A stretch of 32,000 nucleotides of DNA, taken from positions 11,882 to 43,881 of the forward strand of contig NZ_FUWK01000025.1 in the NCBI RefSeq assembly GCF_900167395.1. The letters are read 5' to 3'. The position numbers and the translations under genes are program-made. The first letter of the stretch is position 1. Every line of letters begins with the position of its first letter. Shown in pieces: positions 18,875-25,896 of the stretch. The notes under the pieces are model-generated. The model saw only the letters and a program-made list of their open reading frames with translations. It was not told where the DNA came from and did not search any database. Origin of the DNA: Nitrosomonas europaea (GTDB lineage: Bacteria; Pseudomonadota; Gammaproteobacteria; Burkholderiales; Nitrosomonadaceae).

Positions 18875-20086
18875 TTATATATTTTGTCGTAAGGCATCAA
18901 CAACTGGTATACGTGAAACATGCCTGGCCGGCAGTATTGCCGCTAGTACAGTAGCAGTAAAGCCGATGCCTAATGCGAGTAGTAAAACAGACGGTGCGAT
19001 CTGGATTCGGGCGATATAGCCAAGATCAGCATTGGGAGGGGGGGGCATGGGGATACCTATGGCGGAAATGGCCGTGGCCAGCAGTACCCCTATCCCGATT
19101 CCTAATCCTCCCCCAATCAATCCCAGTAAAAGGTTTTCACTGATAATCAGCCGGAATACCTGATGGCTGTCATTACCCAGGGCCATCATCGTGCCGAATT
19201 CACCCACGCGCTCGAAAATACTCATATTGACGCTGTTGGCAACGCTGAGCAGTACCATGATCAGGATAATGATCTGCAGCACACCAAATTGCCCTTTATA
19301 CATTTCCACCGTTTTTTCGTAAAAATCATTCAGTTCCACCCAGGTTTTGACTTCCAGGTCTGATGGTCCTAATGATTGCTTTAACTGTGCTGCAATCTGA
19401 TCGGTTTCTTCTGTATGTTTCAGTGAAATGACGAGTGCGTTGACTCCTTGAGTGCCGAGCAGCTCCTGTGCGGCAGCTAACGGGATTCTGACAGCGCGTG
19501 CATCAAAATCGTTGGAAAAACTCTGGAAAATACCCGTTACTTGAAAATCCAGACTATTGAGCGCACCATCAAGCGTGTTGACCAGTAATGTCACCGGGTC
19601 ACCCGGTTTTAATTGCAGTGCCTGAGCGACACCTTTACCCAGCAAAATGCCGAATGTATCTTCGTCACTTAGCTGTCGTCCTGCGGTAATCTGTACAGAG
19701 CTACCCAGTTTCACTTCGTGTGACGGTTCCACACCCTCACCAATGATCGGCAGATCACTTTTACCATTGTTGAGCAATCCGGAGAAATTGAGCCGTGCCA
19801 TGACCTGCGCAACTTCAGTTTCACCAGCAATTTGTTGCCTGATAGTATCGGGCGTATCTATCAGATATTTTTCCGGAGAACGTGAGCCGGCTTCATAGTA
19901 CCCTTGGCGATAGATTTGCAGATGTCCACTTTGCGAGTGGATGAGCGCTTCACCCAGTTGAACATAGATATCCTGTACCCATCCACCCGCCAGAATGATA
20001 CCGGTTACTCCGGCGATAACTGCTGCCAGCGTCATCAGCGTATGGGTTTTTTGACGGAGGATATTGCGTAACGCGAGTTTGAACAT
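18875..20086 (-). CDS. ABC transporter permease, FtsX/MacB/LolC-E type (paralogue 2)
   Basis: 403 aa. N-terminus MFKLALRNILRQKTHTLMTLAAV. One TM, a roughly 230-aa periplasmic domain, then three C-terminal TMs. GGAGA RBS. Confidence 0.85.
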   Translation of the reverse strand: MFKLALRNILRQKTHTLMTLAAVIAGVTGIILAGGWVQDIYVQLGEALIHSQSGHLQIYRQGYYEAGSRSPEKYLIDTPDTIRQQIAGETEVAQVMARLNFSGLLNNGKSDLPIIGEGVEPSHEVKLGSSVQITAGRQLSDEDTFGILLGKGVAQALQLKPGDPVTLLVNTLDGALNSLDFQVTGIFQSFSNDFDARAVRIPLAAAQELLGTQGVNALVISLKHTEETDQIAAQLKQSLGPSDLEVKTWVELNDFYEKTVEMYKGQFGVLQIIILIMVLLSVANSVNMSIFERVGEFGTMMALGNDSHQVFRLIISENLLLGLIGGGLGIGIGVLLATAISAIGIPMPPPPNADLGYIARIQIAPSVLLLALGIGFTATVLAAILPARHVSRIPVVDALRQNI

Positions 20087-20154
20087 GATTCTCCGGGGGA
20101 TATGGGCAAGCAGTTATGTTCTATACCCGATGAAGAATGAAACGATAAACCTGT

Positions 20155-20772
20155 TTACAATAACGAGAAACTGCGCAGAATGGCTTCGACTTTCTTATCC
20201 TCCTTGGCAAGTTCACGCAGGGCATGGATCAATCGCGTAAGCTTCGATCCTTCAGGTGACTGAAGCTCCAGATCACGTTCGAGATCTTCCTCCAACCGCT
20301 GTAATCGCATATCCATGGGCCGGAGTGTCGAATAGCGGTCCCATATGATGAAGCCGATCAAACCGAATATGCCAGCGATCGTTACCAGCATCAGCTGTTG
20401 TATAAAATCCAACCGCCGGTCGATAGCTTCAAAACGTTGATCTACCGCAATAAAACGCTGATCTATCTGCTTCTGCATAGCAGTAAAATGTTGATCTACC
20501 GCCGTAAAACGTTGATCTACCGCCGTAAAACGTTGATCCATCTGCTCCTGCATAGCAGTAAAACGCTGATCTATCGCCGTAAAACGCTGATCTATCTGTT
20601 CCTGCATAGCATTGAAACGCAGATCCATCTTTTCTTCCAAAGCTTTTTGCCCGGCTTTGAGTTCTGCCAGTGACTCGATAATTTCTCGATCACTGATACG
20701 TGGTGCGACGTCTACGGCGGCAACAGGCATGGCGACCAATACGCTGGTAAGTAATAACAGGATTTTGATCAT
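20155..20772 (-). CDS. signal-peptide + tandem-repeat coiled-coil + single-TM + charged C-tail protein, unknown function
   Basis: 205 aa. MIKILLLLTSVLVAMPVAA signal, nine xDQRFxA units, TM LMLVTIAGIFGLIGFIIW and a C-tail rich in E/R/K/L. It lies between the two permease genes on the same strand. Confidence 0.6.
   Translation of the reverse strand: MIKILLLLTSVLVAMPVAAVDVAPRISDREIIESLAELKAGQKALEEKMDLRFNAMQEQIDQRFTAIDQRFTAMQEQMDQRFTAVDQRFTAVDQHFTAMQKQIDQRFIAVDQRFEAIDRRLDFIQQLMLVTIAGIFGLIGFIIWDRYSTLRPMDMRLQRLEEDLERDLELQSPEGSKLTRLIHALRELAKEDKKVEAILRSFSLL
20404..20628 (-). repeat. in-frame tandem array of 21-nt and 33-nt units (9 units)
   Basis: Unit boundaries read off the DNA: 33 nt (20596-20628), 21 (20575-20595), 33 (20542-20574), 21 (20521-20541), 21 (20500-20520), 33 (20467-20499), 21 (20446-20466), 21 (20425-20445), 21 (20404-20424). 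Units 20500-20520 and 20521-20541 match at 19 of 21 nt. Confidence 0.9.
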
Positions 20773-21021
20773 CTCGAATAAAATTCTCTGAATATATGCT
20801 TTAAACTGTTTTTAATTCGACTGGTTCAATATGTTCGTATACAGACAGATCAGGGAATGAGACAAACATCCACTAGCTTACCCGGATAGCAACCCATTCT
20901 CCCATATGTTTCCATTAAGAATCAATGCAATATTAAATAACAAGTACTCCATAAGTACCAGCACCGGACAACATGATGCAGCGATTCGGCATCCAACTGT
21001 CGTCTTTGCTCGCCTGCTACT

Positions 21022-22269
21022 TTATCGATTATGCCTTAACGCATCTACAATCTGCATGCGTGAGGCTTTCCAGGCGGGGTAAACGCTGGCGATGAGTGTG
21101 GTGAGAATAGCAAGCGCCAATGCTTCCAGCACCATGTTCGAGGTGAGTAGTATCTCCCCGGTATAACCACGGGCCATGCCGGGGGGAGGAGGCATCGGAA
21201 TGCCGATACTGGAAATAATTGCAGCGAGCAACCATCCGATTAGTATACCTAGCGCGCCGCCTATCCCGCCGATCAGAGCGCCTTCGCATAGAAACTGGCG
21301 CAGAATGTCGAATTTCTTTACACCCAATGCCATTGCTGTTCCGATTTCGCCGGTACGTTCCACCACGTTCATCGTCATGGTATTGGAGATGCCGAGCAGA
21401 ATGATGAGTGCAATGATCAGCTTGATGGCTTGCACCTGCTTTGTAAACAGAACGGTTGTTTTATTGTAGAAATCAGCCAGTTGATACCAGGGAACGATTT
21501 CAAAGCGATCTTGCGATAATGTGTTACGTAACGCCGCCAGTGCTGCATCGGTTTGGTGGGTGTCGTTCAACAGTACTACCCAACTGTGAGCTCCCTGGGT
21601 ACGCAATAACTGCTGTGCGGTGCTGATCGGCAGGCGCAATGCATTGTCATCATACGATTTGGTAACGGTAGAAAACAGGCCGTCGATAGTCATTTCAACG
21701 GCATTGATTCCACCTGTTGCCGTGTTCACCAGTAACACCACCTGGTCGCCTACCGTAACGCCCAGATTACGAGCTAACCCTTCTCCCATGATGAGATGAT
21801 CAGGGTGGTCGGCCGATAAATTGCTTCCAGTCGAGATCTTGAGCGCGTTACCGAAGTAAACTTGCTCTTGCGGATCCACTCCTTCGCCAATGAATGAAAG
21901 CGTGGCATCACCGTGACTAATCAACCCGCTGAAGCTCAAACGCGGCACAATCGTTTTGATCAGATGATTGCTGTTTTGAAGCGTAGGATTTTCCAATAAA
22001 TCCTGTTCCAGATCATCTGAGAATAGAAAACGGTAGGGATCAGCCTTGCCGGCTTCAAAATAACCCGGTTTAATGATCTGTAAATGGCCTAACTGGGAAT
22101 GGATAGTGGATTCACGCATATCCTGATAAATCCATTCGATGAAGCCGCTGGCCAGAATCAGTGCAACCATTCCCAATGTTATGGAGCCGATAGAAATGGT
22201 GCTTCGGCGTTTCTGGCGCAGCATATTGCGCCAAATTAAATAGCAATTAAAAGAAATTATTTTCCACAT
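21022..22269 (-). CDS. ABC transporter permease, FtsX/MacB/LolC-E type (paralogue 1)
   Basis: 415 aa. LIWRNMLRQKRRSTISIGSITLG N-terminus and the same 1+3 TM layout. It shares the IGIPMPPPP loop with paralogue 2. Confidence 0.85.
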   Translation of the reverse strand: MWKIISFNCYLIWRNMLRQKRRSTISIGSITLGMVALILASGFIEWIYQDMRESTIHSQLGHLQIIKPGYFEAGKADPYRFLFSDDLEQDLLENPTLQNSNHLIKTIVPRLSFSGLISHGDATLSFIGEGVDPQEQVYFGNALKISTGSNLSADHPDHLIMGEGLARNLGVTVGDQVVLLVNTATGGINAVEMTIDGLFSTVTKSYDDNALRLPISTAQQLLRTQGAHSWVVLLNDTHQTDAALAALRNTLSQDRFEIVPWYQLADFYNKTTVLFTKQVQAIKLIIALIILLGISNTMTMNVVERTGEIGTAMALGVKKFDILRQFLCEGALIGGIGGALGILIGWLLAAIISSIGIPMPPPPGMARGYTGEILLTSNMVLEALALAILTTLIASVYPAWKASRMQIVDALRHNR

Positions 22270-22438
22270 GCTGTAAGTTAGCTTTAGTTTATATCAATTG
22301 TTTTATGGCTTATTTTTGTCAGATGATGAGTTGTTAACATACCATTATTCCGTCGACTTTCTTTACACTCTTGGTGAAATATAAAAATAAAATTTAATAA
22401 AGTGTTGATTATTAAGTGATAAATATTCTGGCACATAT

Positions 22439-22454
22439 CGTGCTCGTTTATAAG
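22439..22454 (+). promoter_or_regulatory. sigma54 (-24/-12) promoter upstream of the PEP-CTERM protein gene
   Basis: TGGCAC-ATATC-GTGCT versus consensus TGGCAC-N5-TTGCW. GG and GC are separated by exactly 10 nt. It lies about 85 nt upstream of the ATG at 22540, in an AT-rich divergent intergenic region. Confidence 0.6.
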
Positions 22455-22539
22455 CAAAAGAATGTTTAGGTAATCGTAGTTTATCTAGCATAATTTTTAG
22501 CAGGAAAAAATTCTCAGGTTTATCTTTAAGGAGATCGTG

Positions 22540-23349
22540 ATGAAACAAACAAACTTGAAAAAGCAGTTAGTGGCTGTTGCTATTGGAGGTGTCTTTGCAT
22601 TAGGAGTAACAGCTCAAGCGACAGCGGCTGGAATATTTCAGTATGACTTGGATGGACAAGGAGGAAGTGGAGAAACTGTTATAGCGGACGCTATACAGGG
22701 GGTTGCCAATGAATCTCTCAGCTTGCTGGCGGACGGCAAAACTCTTGATGGACAGGGGTGGGTTAAGTTCAATACGTTTCTTCTTAGTACAGTTGATCAA
22801 GACTACAAGTATTCTGAGGTACTACTTTATGCTACTTTCAAAATAACTACAGAATTGGTGGATGGGACTATAGGTGCTAGTGGTAGTGAGTACAAGGTTA
22901 CTAGTTTTACATTTGATCTTTACAAAGATTTGGGTAACGACAATACTTTTACTGTAGCAGATGCAAGTAGTTCCACTCACGCTTCTGTCACTGCAGTAGG
23001 TGTAGATGACTATATAGCGTCTGGTGAGTTAATAGTTGGTAGTGCTAACATACAAGCTGCTAGTGGAGCAGCGATTAATGTGGAAACTACTTTTAATTTA
23101 CAGCCTGGAGGAGGAGAATATTTCTTTGACCCCGATCCTTTTTATAACATCTTGAAGGCTGGTTTTAACAGTACGGGTGGAAATTGGGCATTCACTAATA
23201 ATATGTTAGCTGTTGGGAGTGCTACTGGTGTTATCGATTTTAATAGCACGCCAACTGAAGTTCCTGAACCAGCTACGTTAGCGCTTTTGGGTATTGGGTT
23301 GCTTGGCTTTGGTGCAAGACGAGCACTTGTTGCGAGTAAAAATGCATAG
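22540..23349 (+). CDS. PEP-CTERM sorting-domain protein
   Basis: ATG 22540 lies 6 nt after AAGGAG. Signal peptide MKQTNLKKQLVAVAIGGVFALGVTAQATAAG. The C-terminus is the canonical PEP motif + TM + basic cluster: VPEPATLALLGIGLLGFGARRALVASKNA. Confidence 0.85.
   Translation: MKQTNLKKQLVAVAIGGVFALGVTAQATAAGIFQYDLDGQGGSGETVIADAIQGVANESLSLLADGKTLDGQGWVKFNTFLLSTVDQDYKYSEVLLYATFKITTELVDGTIGASGSEYKVTSFTFDLYKDLGNDNTFTVADASSSTHASVTAVGVDDYIASGELIVGSANIQAASGAAINVETTFNLQPGGGEYFFDPDPFYNILKAGFNSTGGNWAFTNNMLAVGSATGVIDFNSTPTEVPEPATLALLGIGLLGFGARRALVASKNA
23260..23346 (+). other. PEP-CTERM sorting signal (exosortase recognition region)
   Basis: VPEP, a hydrophobic helix ATLALLGIGLLGFGA, then RR. Confidence 0.85.
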
Positions 23350-23378
23350 TTTTTATTGTTTTTAGGTAGTCAGAAAAA

Positions 23379-23405
23379 AGCCCCCTGTTTCAGGGGGCTT
23401 TTTTT
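23379..23405 (+). terminator. rho-independent terminator after the PEP-CTERM gene
   Basis: AGCCCCCTG (23379-23387), loop TTT, CAGGGGGCT (23391-23399) running into a T-tract (23399-23405). An A-tract upstream makes it potentially bidirectional. Confidence 0.85.
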
Positions 23406-23564
23406 ATATATGTTTGATCCGCACCTTCTTATTTGGAGTGTTTCGTCTATTTTCTTGGCAGAAAGAACAAGGATATTCTCAGGTAATTAAACAGTATAGC
23501 TGGACTAATGGAACCGTATGCTACGGAAATAAAGTAGGGAAATTGAGTCAATCCATCGTAAACT

Positions 23565-24150
23565 TGGCTAACTCATAGAGGTAAGCTCCCGGTTTTGCCG
23601 GGGGGGCTCACCAAGGTTTGACCTTTACGACGAAAGAGTATCAGAGTCTGAGTCACACGAGATGGGACTGCAAGTATCATGTGGTGTTCATACCGAAGAG
23701 GCGCAAGAAGCGAATATTCGGTATGCTGCGTTGGCACTTGGGCGAGCTATTCCACGAACTGGCCTCCCACAAGGAATCGAAAATTGTCGAAGGTCACCTG
23801 ATGGACGATCACGTTCATATGTGCATCAGCATTCCCCCGAAGTACGCGGTGTCGAACGTGGTTGGGTACTTGAAGGGGAAGAGCGCGATCCAGATTGCGC
23901 GCAAGTTTGGCGGGCGACAGAAGAACTTTACCGGCGAGCATTTTTGGGCGAGAGGCTATTTTGTTTCGACGGTTGGATTGGACGATAACATTGTTCGAAC
24001 GTACATCCGCAACCAGGAAGATGAGGACGAGCGCTACGACCAGATGAAGCTGGAAATATAGGGTAGCCGCCAGGGGCGGCTCACGGTTTCATGGGCGCCT
24101 TTGAGGCGCTCACCACCCAAATCACCGGCTTTGCCGGTGGTATTTGACTT
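23565..24150 (+). mobile_element. IS200-group (IS200/IS605 family) insertion sequence; boundaries approximate
   Basis: Single tnpA gene flanked by similar subterminal hairpins: left CTCCCGG-TTTTG-CCGGGGG (23586-23604), right CACCGGC-TTT-GCCGGTG (24123-24139). Extra hairpins GCCGCC-AGG-GGCGGC and GCGCC-TTTGA-GGCGC follow the stop codon. The exact ends cannot be set without a second copy. Confidence 0.8.
23618..24061 (+). CDS. tnpA: IS200/IS605 family Y1 (HUH) transposase TnpA
   Basis: 147 aa. SLSHTRWDCKYHVVFIPKRRKK, HUH motif DHVHMCI, catalytic Tyr context RTYIRNQ. TTG is the only in-frame start after the upstream stop at 23582-23584. Confidence 0.9.
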   Translation: MTFTTKEYQSLSHTRWDCKYHVVFIPKRRKKRIFGMLRWHLGELFHELASHKESKIVEGHLMDDHVHMCISIPPKYAVSNVVGYLKGKSAIQIARKFGGRQKNFTGEHFWARGYFVSTVGLDDNIVRTYIRNQEDEDERYDQMKLEI

Positions 24151-24175
24151 TAGTCATATTTAATTTTTGAAGCGA

Positions 24176-25864
24176 ATGGAATATCAATCATTACCATTAC
24201 CCGCCGCGCTAATTGCAGAGCTCCAAGCTCAGCTTGGAAAAGACAAGGTCGTTCTGGAGCAGGATGCGCTGGAAGTTACCACACGAACTTGTATTCCTTA
24301 CCGGGAATTACCGGGAGCTATTGTTTATCCGGAGAGTGTAGAGGAGGTGCAGGCTATCGTTCGACTCGCAGCAAAGTTTAACGTACCGGTATGGCCGGTC
24401 AGTACTGGGAAGAACTGGGGGTACGGCGAAAAAACAGCATGTTATCCCGGTGGCATTACAGTGGTGCTGGAACGCATGAATCGGATTCATGAGGTTGATG
24501 AGGCTCTAGGCTATGCGGTAATTGAACCTGGTGTGACCTATAAGCAGCTTAACGAATTTTTAAAGGCTAATTATCCTGATCTCTGGTCAGATTCGGCGGG
24601 GACTACACAATTTGCCAGCGTTTTGGGTAATGCGCTGGATAAAGGCCGTGGGTTAACCCCTTATGCGGATCATTTTGGGAGCTTATGTGGTATGGATGTT
24701 GTTTTGCCTGATGGCAGGCTGCTTGAGACCGGTGGCGGACCGCAAGGTAATAATCATGCAAAATATGTATACAAATGGGGGGTGGGGCCTTATCTCGATG
24801 GTTTGTTTACTCAGTCCAATTTTGGCATTGTTGTCAAGGCGGGTATCTGGTTGATGCCCAAGCCTGAGTGTTTTGACTGGGCCGCTTTTGAATATACCGC
24901 TTCTGATGAAAAATTCGGTGATTTTATTGATGAGTTGAGGCAGCTTGTTTCGCAGGGCGTTTTGCGCTCACGCCCACATCTTGCCAATGATTTTGCCATG
25001 ATGTGTATCATTTCACAGTATCCGTATGAATTGCTTGATGGTAAGAAATATTTGAGTGAGGCTGCACTGGAAAGCTGGCGCCGTCAGCATGGTGTTGCAC
25101 GTTGGACATTTGGTTGTGGTTTGTATGGTAGCCAGGCGGAAGTACGGTTTCAGAAACAGGCAATTAAGCGCGTACTTGGCCGTTATGGTCGGGTCCAGTT
25201 TTTGGGTGCGGCTGTTGAAGATAATTGGTATGGGCGTTTACTGCGTCAAGTTGCGCCAGTAGTAAACCGGTTGATGGGTAAGTCCGATGCTTTTATGGAA
25301 GCATTGATTCCCGGAATTAATTTGTTCCGAGGTATTCCTACAGATTATTTTGTTCGTCAGGTTTATTTCAAATCACATCCACAGAAACCTGCAGATGATG
25401 TCGATCCGGCACGCGACCAGTGTGGCCTGTTATGGATAGGGCCAATAGTACCGTTTACTGCCAAGCATATTTTGCATGCTCTGACTCTGGTTAAGGAAGT
25501 ATATACCCGACATGAGTTTGATTTTTTTGTAGAGCTGATTATTGAAAGTCCACGGACGATTATCTTGCTGGTGGGAGTATTTTATGAACGGAATAATGCT
25601 AATGAAATAGCGCGTGCCCAAGCCTGGTATAAGGATGTACGTGAGCTATTCTTGCAAAATGGTTACCCTCCATATCGAACTACTACGATGAGTATGTCTG
25701 GATCACTGGATCAGAATCCGATAGCAAGAGATTTTCTGAAGATGATCAAAGGTGTTATTGACCCGCAAGATCTGATAGCACCAGGGCGGTATGGCGTTTC
25801 AGGATTATCTGGGGCTGATTCTTCTTTGGTTGCTCTCAAGCAGGCAGATAATGATCCGTATTAA
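24176..25864 (+). CDS. FAD-binding oxidoreductase, vanillyl-alcohol oxidase / p-cresol methylhydroxylase (VAO/PCMH) family
   Basis: PVWPVSTGKNWGYG, GPYLDGLFTQSNFGIVVKAGIWLMPKP and C-terminal IDPQDLIAPGRYGV closely resemble the VAO sequence as I remember it. Start is ATG 24176 (or TTG 24167), with no obvious RBS. It lies about 25 nt from the IS200 right end. Confidence 0.8.
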   Translation: MEYQSLPLPAALIAELQAQLGKDKVVLEQDALEVTTRTCIPYRELPGAIVYPESVEEVQAIVRLAAKFNVPVWPVSTGKNWGYGEKTACYPGGITVVLERMNRIHEVDEALGYAVIEPGVTYKQLNEFLKANYPDLWSDSAGTTQFASVLGNALDKGRGLTPYADHFGSLCGMDVVLPDGRLLETGGGPQGNNHAKYVYKWGVGPYLDGLFTQSNFGIVVKAGIWLMPKPECFDWAAFEYTASDEKFGDFIDELRQLVSQGVLRSRPHLANDFAMMCIISQYPYELLDGKKYLSEAALESWRRQHGVARWTFGCGLYGSQAEVRFQKQAIKRVLGRYGRVQFLGAAVEDNWYGRLLRQVAPVVNRLMGKSDAFMEALIPGINLFRGIPTDYFVRQVYFKSHPQKPADDVDPARDQCGLLWIGPIVPFTAKHILHALTLVKEVYTRHEFDFFVELIIESPRTIILLVGVFYERNNANEIARAQAWYKDVRELFLQNGYPPYRTTTMSMSGSLDQNPIARDFLKMIKGVIDPQDLIAPGRYGVSGLSGADSSLVALKQADNDPY

Positions 25865-25896
25865 GTAACTTTAAAGTATTTTTCATTCTTTGATCT

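Noticed and set aside
20404-20628. Regularly spaced repeats that could be mistaken for a CRISPR-like array
   Set aside because: The units are contiguous (no spacers), are 21 or 33 nt long, and are in frame within a coding sequence. This is a protein repeat, not CRISPR.
22363-22548. 61-aa minus-strand ORF in the AT-rich divergent intergenic region
   Set aside because: It has low-complexity, Lys/Phe/Leu-rich composition typical of AT-rich non-coding DNA and no RBS. It overlaps the sigma54 promoter and the RBS of the PEP-CTERM gene.
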